In this document: piece after piece, positions 44,285-60,229 of the stretch | Numbering within the stretch: the first letter of the stretch is position 1 | Layout: every line of letters begins with the position of its first letter | Source: the human T2T-CHM13v2.0 reference genome, Homo sapiens | Assembly (NCBI RefSeq): GCF_009914755.1 | Contig: NC_060933.1 | Direction: 5' to 3' (one strand) | DNA: 64,000 nucleotides | The notes under the pieces: model-generated | Seen by the model: only the letters and a program-made list of their open reading frames with translations | What the model was told of the DNA's origin: nothing | The model's database searches: none | Translations under genes and position numbers: made by a program

Positions 44285-46004
44285 ATAGGGGATTTAAAGT
44301 TTATGGTACTAAGGGCAGCCATTTGAGAAGCCATTGTTTTTGGAGAGGAGAGGGCCAATTTAGAGGGAGCTGTCTCGTACAGGCTTGTTGATATGGGAAG
44401 AAGAGAGCAAGCTATGCAAATAAAGAATACTTCTGAAACAAAAGATAATCGTAAAATCGGAAGGCACACCAACTCACCCTCAATCCAAATAACAGACTTT
44501 TGATTAAAAGATTATTGATTAAAGAAGTTAATCTCACTGTAACAATGAAAGAGGGAGCTTTTGAATGAAAAAAATCCGACAAGGCATCCAAATTCATCAC
44601 TTCTGCCTACACAAACTAGTTATTACTGGTAGGAAAATATAAGACATTGAAAAACAAATAGCAAATAGAATTTACTAGAATATGAGAATAAGACAAAGCA
44701 AAAAGAAAAAAAGAAAAAATGTATTCCCCTAAAATTAATCATGAAGCACAAGAAAACTGACACATTATCACAAGCTGAAGTGAATATTCTTAAGCAAGTA
44801 AACATAAAAAAACTTCCTCAAATCAAAAATTTAGAATTGAGATGGACAGAACACTCCAGAAGATGAGAAATTAATATTGATTAAATTCAGAAAAGAATTA
44901 GAAGAGAAAGAGAATCATCACTGAAATAGATATTTAATAAAATGAAAGGTACTTAAGAAGTATAAATTCAAACTGCAAATGCAACAGAGGAATTGGGAAA
45001 TGGAAATGCAACAGCCAAGACAATAACAACAAAAAATGGAAGGTAAAAATGTTAAAAGAAAAAGTAATAGATCTAGAAGATAGATAAAGAAGGCTCAAAA
45101 TGTCTGTAATTAGAGTTTCTGAAAAATTAAAACAACACAATGAAACAGAACTTATATTCAAAACTATAATTCAAGAAAACTGTCTGGACAATAAATGATC
45201 TAAACTTACCTATTGAAAGGGCCTGCCATATACCTGGGAAAGTTGGCCCAGAACAGTCAACACTGAGTCACAGATAACAATAAATTTTTAAATATCAAAT
45301 GGACCTCCTGGCAAAAAGACAAATGCACTTAAAAAAATCCGGATTGGCATCAAAATTCTCAACAGCAAAACACAAAGAAAGACAACAGTAGAACTATTTT
45401 CAAGAAACTTAAACAAATAAAGCGTTAGCAAAGTATTTTGTATCTGGCTAACTTGTATTATAAAATCAAGGTTAAGGAAAAGTAGTTTTAAACACATAAG
45501 AATTGCAGGAATACTGCACTTACAAGCTCTTCCTGAAGAATCTAATAGAGGATAAACTTCATTCAACCAAATTATGATTGAGGAGAGTTTGGCACATTGG
45601 GAAACAGTAAACATATATATTTTTAGATTATAGAATTAAAAAATATGGAGTCAAGGTCTGAAATCAAAAGAAGTGATGTGAATTTTATGTTTTTACAAAA
45701 TAGAAGTAGCATAACTAAATTATGGGAGAAGAGAGGGCAAACCACAACATGATAACACCTCACTCCTGCAAAAATGGCCATAATAAAAAAAAATGATATA
45801 TGTTGGCATGGATGTGGTGAAAAGGGAACATTTTTATACTGTTGGTGGGTATGTAAACTAGTACAACCACCATGGAAAACAGTGTGGAGATTTCTTAAAG
45901 AACCAAAAGTAGATCTGTCATTTGATCCAGCAATCTGACTCCTGGGTATCTACCTAGAGGAAAGGAAATCATTATATGAAAAAAATACTTCCACATACAT
46001 GTTT

Positions 46005-49326
<3,322 letters not shown>

Positions 49327-49806
49327 TAAAGCAGCACAATTTGCAACTGCAAAAATATGGAACCAGTCCAAATGTCCATCAATCAATGAGTGGATAAAGA
49401 AAATGTGGTACATATATACTGTGAAATGCTATTCAGCCATAAAAAGGAATAGAATAATGGCATTTGCAGCAACCTGGATGGAATTGGAGACCATTATTGT
49501 TAGTGAAATAACTCAGGAATGGAAAACCAAACATCGTATGTTCTAACTCATAAGTGGGAGCTAAGCTATGAGGACAAAAAGGCATAATAACAATACAATG
49601 GACTTTGGGGACTCAGGGAAAAGGATCCAAGGGGGTGAGGGATAAAAGACTGCACATTATGTACAGTGTACACGCTCAGGTGATAGGTGCACCAAAATCT
49701 CAGAAGTCACCACTAAAGAACTTATTAATATAACCAAACACCACCTGTTCCCCAAAAACCTATTGAAGTAAAAAAGGCAGAAAAGAAAGTTTAAAAAAGC
49801 TCAATG

Positions 49807-50782
49807 TGGTTTTGATTTGCATTTGTCTAATGATCAGTGATGTTGAGCTTTTCTTCATATGTTTGTTGGCCACATAAATGTCTTCATTTGAGAAGTATCT
49901 GTTCATGTCCTTTGCCCACTTTTTAATGGGGTTGTTTGTTTCTTGTAAATTTGTATAAGTTCCTTGTAGACTCTGGATATTAGATTTTTGTTAGATGAAT
50001 AGATTGCAAAAATTTTCTCCTGTTCTGTAGGTTGTCTTCACTCTGATGATAGTTTCTTTTTGCTGTGCAAAATCTCATGCCAGTCAGAAGGATGATTATT
50101 AAAAAATCAAGAAACAACAGATACTGGTGAAGTTGTGGAGAAAAAGGCACACTTTTACACTGTTGGTGGGAGTCTAAATTAATTCAAACATTGTGGAAGA
50201 CAGTGTGGCAGTTACTCAAGGATCTAGAAGCAGAAATACCATTTGACCCAGCAATCCCATTACTGGGTATGTTCCCAAAGGAATATACATTAGTTTGTTA
50301 TAAATATACATGCATGCATTTGTTCATTGCAGCACTATTCACAACAGCAAAGCCATGGAATCAGCCCAAATGCCCATCAATGATAGACTGGATAAAGAAA
50401 ATGTGGTACATATATACCACGGAATACTATGCAGCCATAAAAAGGAATGAGATCATGTCCTCTGCTGCAGGGACATAGATGTAGCTGGAAGCCATTATCT
50501 TCAGCCAGCTAATGCAGGAACAAAAAACCAAACACCATGTGTTCTCACTTATAAGTGGGAGCTGAATGATGAGAACACATGGACACATGGGGGCGAGCAA
50601 CACAGACTGGGGCCTGTCGCGGGGGAGGGAGAGCATCAGGCACAACAGCTAATGGATTCTTGGCTTAATACCTAGGTGATGGGTTGATAGGTTTAGCAAA
50701 CCACCATGGCACACATTTACCTATGTAACCTGCACATTCTGCACATGTCCCCCAGAACTTAAAATAACAGTTGAAGAAAAAA
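49807..50782 (+). mobile_element. L1PA10-13-like 3' fragment with 5' inversion (antisense 49807-50070, sense 50072-50782)
   Basis: Perfect 14-bp TSD AAAAAAGCTCAATG (49793-806 / 50783-96) at a TT/AAAA site. 3' UTR GGGAGAGCATCAGG..CTTAATACCTAGGTGATGGGTTGATAGG. Confidence 0.93.
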
Positions 50783-53024
50783 AAAAAAGCTCAATGATGG
50801 GTCCATACATAGGTGATATAAGAGACAGAGGATATGTTTAAAGATGAAAATCCAAATAGTAGAAGCCTAAGTAAGAAAAAGAAATGTTACAAAGGGCATG
50901 ATATGATGGTGGCTACTAGAACAAAAAATAAAAAATTTCTTAAAATACCAAAAGAAACATAAAAAAGAGAAAAAAAAGATTCCATCAAAAATATTTTACA
51001 ATACAGACCATGTGCTAAATTTTATGTAGGAAAAAAAGAGAAAATAGGAAAAACTGAGATAAAAAAGGGTTAAATCCAGGACATTTGAATCTACAGCACA
51101 CTCTTCAGCTTAGAGAGACATAAGGTCTTGTAGAGAATGTTACATTCTGTAATGCCTATGTCTCTTAAATGCACTTATAGATTTAAATAATTATCAATCA
51201 AAATCTCAGTAGAATTTCTTACATCATCAGTTATTAAATTCATCTGAAAAATCAAAGAATGATGAACAGACTAGTGTACCACATATTAAAATAAAGAAAA
51301 TATGCAATAATTAAAATAGATGATATAATCTAATTAAACATAAGAAATGTAAGAAGTGAAAATGTAATATAATATATATAAATTAGAGAATAGAAAAATC
51401 TATAAATAGTTGGCCGTCTATTTTGAAAATAAAATTATATTCATGCCTCATGCCAAACAGCATTAAATATCTAGCCAGTGAACATATTAGAAAATAGAAA
51501 TGATATCACATTTCTGGAGTGATGCTGGCATTGTAAGCCTTGAGATAGTAGGTTAAATCACAAAATTAAAGATAGTTAGATTTGACCATCTGAGATAAAA
51601 TATCTGTTCAGGAAAAAAAATACAGTAACAATATAGTATGAGAAAACATTTACAACAAGCATGATAATGGCTAATGTCTTCATTATATGTCACAAAGAAG
51701 TTGAAAAAAAAAATCTGAAGACCCTCAAAGGTAATCATGCAAAATTTATAAAAAATGTTCAACCATACTAGTTTAGTAAATAACTTGTATTTTTTCTACC
51801 TATTAGAGTAGTATGAGTTTGGAAAATATATTAGTTGAGATTGCAGTCAAACTGTCACCTATACTTAATAGTGGCATGGTAGATGGATATACACCTTTTA
51901 GAAAACAATATGAAAAATTAATGTAAATGAGAAATTCTAAAATATACAGACATTTTGAATTTGTAATTTTGTTTCTGTGAATTTTTATCCTAGGGAAAAT
52001 AAGAGGAAAAAGGAAGGTGTTAACTACAGTGTCATTTATGCTAGAGTCTGGAAACAATCTAAATACCCAGCAATAGAAGAAATTGTTATAAAATTATAAT
52101 AAATTGATTTAGAAGATTATTATGTGATAATTGTAAAATACTGAGCAATATAAAGACATTCTAAATATATACCAAGTAAAAATAATTCAAAATGGTATGC
52201 GTTCTGGGGTAATCAACTATCTGATCATAGATAAAGATAGGAAGCAAACAAGAAAATAAAAATGGTTTGTTTTGTTAAAAATGTGACTTTAAAAGTCTTT
52301 GGTACTTTACTTTTTAGTTGTGATTATATTATTGTGCAATACATTATATGACAATCCTCATGACATTATCTCTGGCTTAATTCTATTTCTATTAAAGGAA
52401 TTTGCTTGTTATATTTAAATTGTATGCTTACTCAGTTTATTCATTAGATTGTAAGCTGCCTGAGGGTATCTCTAACATGAGGACAATGCCTAGCACACAG
52501 TAAATCTTCATTTGTTATTCAGCAAATAAGTGATTATAGTTGCAGTTAATAGTAAACTGAAGTTTGGAATGATGGGAGGAAGATATTCTCCTAAAATGAG
52601 GTAAGTAATGGCTGTAATGTCTCAATCACAGGCTCATTTCTTATGTGGTACTCTAAGCCATTTTTTTTTCTTTTGGTCCTGTTGTATGTTGGAGGTGAGA
52701 TGGGATAGGCAGTGGAGAGAACTAAAGCAGCAAAGGAGAAAAGAGAAATCCTAGTTAATACGAATTTACTTATAGGCAATTTGAAAGAAATTGCTTTGTA
52801 TTCTTACTTTTCCAGCATGATATCACTTCTCCTAGCCACTAGTTGGGCGTGTAAAACAAATGAATCTTCCTTTTGCTAGCAATACAGAAAGCCCTGTTTG
52901 TGAATCTGAGTTAGGACTTTGACCTTAATCTAGATTTTGGTGTCTGGGAAAAATAGTGTAAAGGGACACGTTTTCTTTCCACCTCTCTGTATTTTATCTT
53001 TGGGTCAAATTAGACCCTTCAGAA

Positions 53025-53242
53025 TGCTTTGCTTTCCTTTCTTTCCTCCTCCTACTCTCCCTCTTCCTATTTTCTCTCTTCTTTTTATTTTCTCTCTTCT
53101 CCTTCTTATTTTTTATTCTTCTCTACATCTTTCTCCTTCTCCTCCCTCATCCTTATTTTCTTACCCTCTCTCCTCCCCCTTCTTGTTCTCCTTCTTCTTT
53201 CCTGTTATGTTTATATCATCCTCTTCCTTTTCTTCCTTTTTG
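53025..53242. repeat. Polypyrimidine (CT-rich) low-complexity tract
   Basis: About 220 bp almost entirely C/T on the + strand. Confidence 0.9.
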
Positions 53243-54557
53243 ATGCCTCAGTTACTAGAAATTTTGAAACTAAAAACACTTGTAACCAATTATAATATGG
53301 TTGTAAGAATTTTTATATTCCTTGTCATTGTCATAATTTTTTCCTATTTTTTTTCCTGGGCTCTATTTAATTACACATCCCTGGAATTAGACTGACATGA
53401 TTTGACACCGGCTCTCCCCACCTTGCTCTCCGAGCCTATTATTTTCTTATTTGTAAAATGGGCATAACCTACCCATCTTCCTGTCTGTTATGAAGGTTAA
53501 ATAATCAAAAGGCGCTGTGACATACTTTGTTCAATAAATCTTTGTTGCCGTCCTCCTTTCTTGTTAATTATATCAAGTCTTTTCTTCGTAAAGGGATGGG
53601 ATTTAAATGATTACTAAACTATCTAATTGTTAAGGGCATAGCAATATACCAGATGTGTGTTGTGTTTTTAGGGGATGGGGATAATAACAAAAACCATGCT
53701 ACCTACCTTCAAACTACTCCCAGGCCTGCAGCGAAGAGAGTAAGGTGACTTGTTTTCAATTAAATAAGATATCCTGTTCTATGAGGCAGTGCAAGAAAAA
53801 ACTGTGTGCATTTTTTTTTTTAAATTGTGGCTCAGGGAACGTGAAGTAAACAAAGGCTTCTTGACTACAGTTTGACCCTGTCAGATATTTGTAAGCTTTT
53901 GGACATCAGTAGTGATTTGTTCTCCCACTTCTGGCTTACGACTTCTGCCACTTAGCAGGAGCCCTCACCTTCTGCCAGACCAACAAGGGAAAAGGAAGAC
54001 TCATCTCTGGACAGGGAGCATGAATGTGTTGTGTGTGAAAGATGGAAAGATTGAAAGGAAGTTATCTCCTTTTAGCCAGGTAACAAATAGGTGCTGGTCC
54101 ATGGGCCACACTGTGAATATCATTGGAGTAAACAATGAACAAATGAACAAATAGGAGTATGTAAGGTGATGCTAAGAGAAGAGGCACAAAAGTATTCACA
54201 ATTGGGAGGGAGACAGATCCCAGGGCTCCTTGAAGAGGTTCTCCCTCACTACTCATGCCCTGCTTATCACACACTTGCACAGTTGGATTTCTTTTCAGGT
54301 GTGCAAATATATAAGCTTTTAAGTCATGAATAGTATGTACCTTATCTGCACTGTTGGGCTTTCACCCTAGACAGCCGTTTGTTTTTATGTGTTGTTCTCC
54401 TCCAGTGAACTGTGAGATCCAAGAAGGCATTGTGCCTTATTCAGGTTTGAGTCTCAGAGGCCAGTTCAGGGCCAGGGCCATAGTAAGGGTTTAGTAAATA
54501 TTTGATAAAAATAATCCCGCTCTTCTGGAGCTTACAGTCCAGGAGGGGTGAAGTCAA

Positions 54558-54820
54558 CCAGGGCTGCTCAGATGATCTTTGATAAAGGACCAATTAAAAT
54601 TTTTTTTTTTTAGATTTCCAATGTATTTAAGCTGGTATTTTGAAAACATAAAAAAGACATACAAAACACAAACCCGAATTTTTTATTATTAGATTCTACA
54701 GACATGAACTTCCCCTGTCAAGCTGCTAAGCAAGTTTCAAAGTAGTGTGTGTTTGTGTGTGTTTGTGTGTGTGTTTCTGGTTTGCAGACTGGTGGCAATC
54801 CATGGACCACACTTTACAAT
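54558..54820. mobile_element. hAT-Charlie-type remnant containing a (TG)n-like microsatellite at 54745-54775
   Basis: CAGGGCTGCTCA start, CATGGACCACACTTT subterminal motif. Right TIR missing. Confidence 0.5.
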
Positions 54821-54879
54821 GGAATATGTCATTTATTGAGATTACACAGTTGAAGAATATAGCATATATACAAATATAT

Positions 54880-55870
54880 TCATAATATGCAGGTGTTGTG
54901 AAAATGCTAGAGGGTGAAATGAAACTCAGCAATGGGATAGAGAATGATGGTGCTGGAGTATGGTATTGCTTTCTTGAGGGAAGTTGGGGGACTTCTCTGA
55001 TTCGAGGTTTGAGCAGGGAATGGGATAAAGTGAAAGAGTGAGCCTTGCAGATATCAAAGGAAGAGTTTCAGAGACAGAAAACAATATAAGCAGAGATTCT
55101 GAGGTAAGATTAGTGCTATGTTTTAGGAGTGGGGTCAAGGGAAAAGATGGGTTAAATTACCAGGGCCTAATAGATTATTACAAGAACTTGCGATTTTATT
55201 CAGAGCCATTGTAGGGTTTTGAGCAAAGATGTGACATGATCTGAACTATAAATGTGGCCATAGTGCTACTCTGTGTAGAATAGACCATAGGAGGGAAAGT
55301 AAGGAGGCTCTTGAAATAATCTATAGGACTAATGATGGTGGCTTGGCCAGGGAGGTAGCAGGGGAGATGGTAAGAAGTAGTTGGAGTATGAATTAACCTC
55401 GAAGACAGAGCCACCAATGTTGGCTGATAGGTTGGATGCAGACTGTGCATTAAAAGGGTCAGGGCTGACTACAAGGATTTTAGTTAGGGAAATGGCCATT
55501 TGCTGTCATTTATTGAGATTAGACAGTTGAAGAATAGAGCAAGGTTTGCAGTTGGAGCATGAATGGGAAACAATCGTTCTGGTCACGTTAAATTTAGGAT
55601 ATTTAGTTCACATACAAAGCAGATGTTGAGTAAGCGTTTGGGTGTATAAGACTGGAGTTCAAAGGAAATGCCAAAACTGGAGACACAGAATTGGAAATCA
55701 GGAGTGTATGGATGGAATTTACAGCGACAGGACTGAATGAAGTCACCTAGGAAATGAATGCAGATAGAGAAGTAAATAGGTCTGATGCCTATGTCTTTGG
55801 GCTCCTCCACATTTAAGAGGTCTGAGAGATGAGGAAGAACTAGCAGAGGAGACTGAGAAAGAGTGGCCAC
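54880..55870 (-). mobile_element. Antisense L2
   Basis: GAGCCATTGTAGGGTTTTGAGCA..GTGACATGATCTGA, GATGGTGGCTTGGCCAGG, CCACATTTAAGAGGTC. Confidence 0.8.
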
Positions 55871-56049
55871 CTCAGAATAAGGTCACAAAATTAACAGTTT
55901 ACTCAACAAGTAGTTACTAATCTCCTAGTCTTATGTTCAGGACACTGTAAGAGAAGCAATATTTCGGAAAGGTTTACATGCCCATAAAATGGTTAACTTT
56001 TCAGGAAAAAAAGTTTTCATCTTTAAAAGACTAAATTCTGAACTCTTTC

Positions 56050-56490
56050 TTTTTTTTTTTTTTTAAATTTACTTTAAGTTCTGGGATACATGTGCAGAAT
56101 GTGCAGGTTTGTTACATAGGCATACATGTGCCGTGGTGGTTTGCTGCACCCATCAACCCGTCATCTAGGTTTTAAGCCCCACATGCATTAGCTACTTGTC
56201 CTAATGCTCTGCCTCCCCTTTCCCCCCGACACATCCTGGTGTGTGATGGTTCTCTCTCTGTGTCCATGTGTTCTCATTGTTCAATTCCCACTTACGAGTG
56301 AGAACATGTGGTGTTTGGTTTTCTGTTCCTGTGTTAGTTTGCTGAGAATTATGACTTCTGGTTTCATCCACGTCCCTGCAAAGGACGTGAACTCATTCTT
56401 TTTGTGGCTGTATAGTATTCCATGGTGTATATGTGCCACATTTTCTTTATCCAGTCTGTCATTGATGGGCATTTGTCTTGATTTCAAGTC
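56050..56490 (-). mobile_element. 5'-truncated L1PA8-like 3' end with 24-bp TSD
   Basis: TCATCTAGGTTTTAAGCCCCACATGCATTAG diagnostic. TSD AAAGACTAAATTCTGAACTCTTTC at 56026-49 / 56491-514. Confidence 0.93.
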
Positions 56491-57019
56491 AAAGACTAAA
56501 TTCTGAACTCTTTCAAACCCAGCTATCTGGAATCATTTACCCTTCAGGAATACCAGGTAACCAAATGGATGCTTTTAAATTTTAGATTTATAAGACAGGC
56601 TACACTACACAAAATATTTTCTCATAGACTATCTCTTTTGAGCTTTACAACAAACCTCCTACATAAGCAGAGCTTTGTTTCGAATCTTCATTTTATTTTA
56701 GAGAAACTAAGGAAACAGATGGAAAGATGAATAAGTGGTGAACCTGGGTCTGAGTCCTAAGCTTCCCTCACAAGCTCTCAGGGCTTTTTCCTTGATTTTT
56801 CTCCCACTCCCACAGAAATAATAAAATACTTTATGGCCACTGGGGAGCAAATAGCCTTCAGGGCCAATCAGGATCTGTAGTTTTGTTCCTTCTGGAAAAA
56901 TGCATTCCAATTTCTAAGCAATTGACTTGAAACAAACAGTGGGAACCTAGCCTGGTGGTAAGTTAGAGACTATTTTCTCTGTGTTTCCACAGTACCTAGC
57001 TTTCTGAGAAAGGGCAGTT

Positions 57020-57460
57020 TGTGATGAACATGTTAATTCTCTTCTTTGTCAGCCTAGTTTTCCCTCCTGTATTCCACTTTCTAGCCAATAGTGTCACCAC
57101 AGATAGAAACATCAGTCATTTAAGGCTACACTTTCTTTTCCATCTTTGGCATCTCATGAGTTACCAAATTCAGCCTATTCTATGTCCTGAACCCCTCTGG
57201 CTGTCCCTGCTTCTATGCTAGTGCCCTAGTTTCAGCTCCTCATCTCTCACCTGCACTACTGCCATGGCCTACGCACTGGCCTCCCTGCCACCTGGCTTCC
57301 TGCCTCTAATCAACTTTCTACAATCCAGCCAAAGGGCTTTCTAAATGCAAATCTAGCCCTATTAAAACTGACCCTATTTAAAAGCCTCTAGTGCTTCCAG
57401 TTGCTCTTGGGATAAGATCCAAACTCTTTAGAATGGCATATCAGGACTTTCAGAATTTGC
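57020..57460 (+). mobile_element. L2 fragment
   Basis: CATCTCTCACCTGCACTACTGC, TTTCTAAATGCAAATCT, GATCCAAACTCTTTA. Confidence 0.7.
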
Positions 57461-58427
57461 ACATGGGATACAAAAATGAAAAATATACAGTACCATCTTC
57501 AATGAGCCCACAGTTTAATCATGAAGGCCAATGTATACACAAATAATTTTAATGCACTATGAAAAATGTTCTCAGAATTATGTGAAAATGTAAACAAAAA
57601 CTAAAATAAAGGGTAGAATTTGTAATACTTCTATTATCATGTAAGAGGTAGGACCACAAGAGAGAAATTAAGGCTGTTAAGAGGGCATTCTCTGAAGTCA
57701 TCTGTTTACTTAGTTTACCCACTCTGTGAAGCAAATTTAACCGTTACTATCTAATAGGTTCTTACCCCTGTAGACATATGCATATCTTGCATACTACCTA
57801 GACAGGTTCTTTAACTTGGGAATCAAAGAACAAAAGGGCTTGTTGAAAATGTCTTATTGCATGAGAATTATACCTATTTCATTATACAGTCCTGCCCCAG
57901 TATAATTCTGAATACCATGTTGTGAAACTCTGATATTTATCTCCAGTTCTCCCTCATATAAAAGCCCTAAGCCAGTGGGGCAATATAAATGGCTTTGCTG
58001 CTTGCATTGTTTCATTTCCGCTTTTCCTCTTTAGGATGGTCTGTGTCATTCTGAACTGAGATGCCCCTTTTTCATTTCAGGGTCCTTAACTCAATATTTT
58101 TAAAGTCATTAGCTTTGGCTCATGCGTTTATTTGAAGTAAGTCGTTATGCTTGGGCTTTAAAAAACAATTCATTCCTGTGTTTCTGCTCTTCATGTCTTC
58201 ATAAGATATGAAGGCTTTATTATAGCCTTCATAAGGCCATTACCCAGTTTCTCTATGAATGATTATAGTGCTATAATACTAGATTGTGTTCCTTAAACCA
58301 CTACATATAAGAAAAGTAAATTCCTGTTTAGATTATGGGCTGAAAGAGGAATCATCATACACAGTAACATACCTTCATAACCTCATTACATTTCTCAGGG
58401 GATACAGCTCAGTGGAATTAATCTTAA

Positions 58428-58680
58428 ATCAAGTATTTCCCACTGTCTATTTTCTAGAACACTAATGCTGATGAGTACCCAGGGAAATAGTCAAATAAGC
58501 CTACATATTATGTAAAAAACTCTACATATTATGTCTGATCTTGAAGAGTCATATTGCATAGACATCTTAGAGGTCAGTAAAAGAAGCAGTACAGAACTAT
58601 AGTGACTTATGTTTAGCCCAATGCTTATCAAACTTGCTTGACCCAGAACTCATTATGTGCTGCACCTATTAATGATCATT
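58428..58680. mobile_element. hAT-Charlie (Charlie4z/MER102-like) remnant
   Basis: AGAACACTA..GTCAAATAAG ... TGTTTAGCCCAATGCTTATCAAACTTGCTTGACC. Confidence 0.5.
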
Positions 58681-60229
58681 AAAAAATGATGGCCTCCTCA
58701 CTTATGAAAAGGAGTCCAACTTGGGGTTAAACACCAATAAGCACTGGCTTATTGTTATATTATAATTGTTATTATATATTGTTATATTATAATTGGTTTA
58801 TTTTTTAATATTTTATTATACAAGGTTTTCAAAATTATAGAAAAATAGATAGCAATGTGTAGTAAAAGCCAGTATCTCCACCATTTAGATTCTACAATGA
58901 AAATTTAGCTATGTTTGCTTTATGTAATTGATGGTTTCTCTCTTCCTACCAGATTGGAGTGCCTTAATGATAATTAATTATTTATCTTGATTTCACCAGT
59001 ACTTAGCATAGTACCAGATACATAACTTGGTAACCAATAGATGTTTGTCCAAATAATGAATGAATGAATGGATAGATGGATTTTTTTTTAATCCCCACAG
59101 ACATCTTCTTGCTACATCACAGGGTCTAAGCTTTAAGAGAGATCAAAGACTAGCCAAAGCTGTTCCACTGCCTTTCTAAGTCTGGACAAATATTAACTTA
59201 GAATAAGGTGCAGATCCTGAGATAGGCCTTCTCTTGGGAGGGAGGTGGAAGCCTGCAATTTTACTACTGTGAGCTAATGAGTAGCCGACGGAAGTCTGTT
59301 TGCATCTCTGCACATAAAATTCATTTTGAGAGGAGGCGGCTTTTGCCAGGTCCAGCAAGCTGTGATGAATAAAATGAAATCAAGAGCTGGTCTACCAAGT
59401 CTTGACTACATATTGGATCCTCCCCTTCACAGGTTTCATGCTTTAGTGAGATCCTGGTGTCTTTCCACTCTGATATTTATCTGCCCCTTTTTATTCCTGG
59501 AAACCTGATCCTTGTTTTGTCTGACTCTCCACTTTCTTCATTAGTAACTGCAGATGGAAAACAGTTATTTAATATGTCTTTTATCCTTTTATACTTCAGT
59601 GTCTGATTACATACCCTGAGTGCTAAGGAAGCAACTACCCTTTTCCTTTTATTTCTTCTCTATTTCTTTTGCAACAAAATCAAAATCAACAAAAATCTTT
59701 ACTTTTTTCAATTTTAAAATGTACTTCACTTTCCATTCCAATGAACTCCATCCTAACTTTTCTAAGATTTTTTTATCTTGACACTTGTCCTTCCCTCATC
59801 CTCCTTTTTTTCCTCTATTCTATTCTTTTTTTCTCCTCTCCCCTTTGATTTTCTTTCTCTGATAGAGTAGAATCCAATGCCGTAAGTTTAGAAGAAATCA
59901 AGTTGGGGATTATAACCAAATCGATAAAGTACATTGAATGAGCCTTCAGTAGTCAGGCTAAGGTCTACTGTTTACTTGTTCAAATAGTTTCCACTGTCCT
60001 CTGTTTTCCAAACATGCCCCAGGTTTCCCATGGCCTTGTATCTGCCATGTCAATTCCTCTAACTGAACATTGCTTCTGATACACTCTGTTTTATTCCTGT
60101 CAAAATATGACTCTTGATTCAAAATTCCATAAAAATCCTTTCTGAAGAAACTTACCCCTTTATCTCTGACCATCCTTAGTATTTACTTCTAACCTTTCAT
60201 TTAGCACTTATTTCATTCGATATTGTTTT

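Noticed and set aside
45975-46004. Resemblance of the L1PA3 3' flank to the 26-nt putative transduction at 61424
   Set aside because: Only patchy AT-rich similarity, too low for an L1PA2-age copy
52937-53395. 152-aa hydrophobic, membrane-like ORF
   Set aside because: Artefact of the CT-rich tract, where stop codons are scarce
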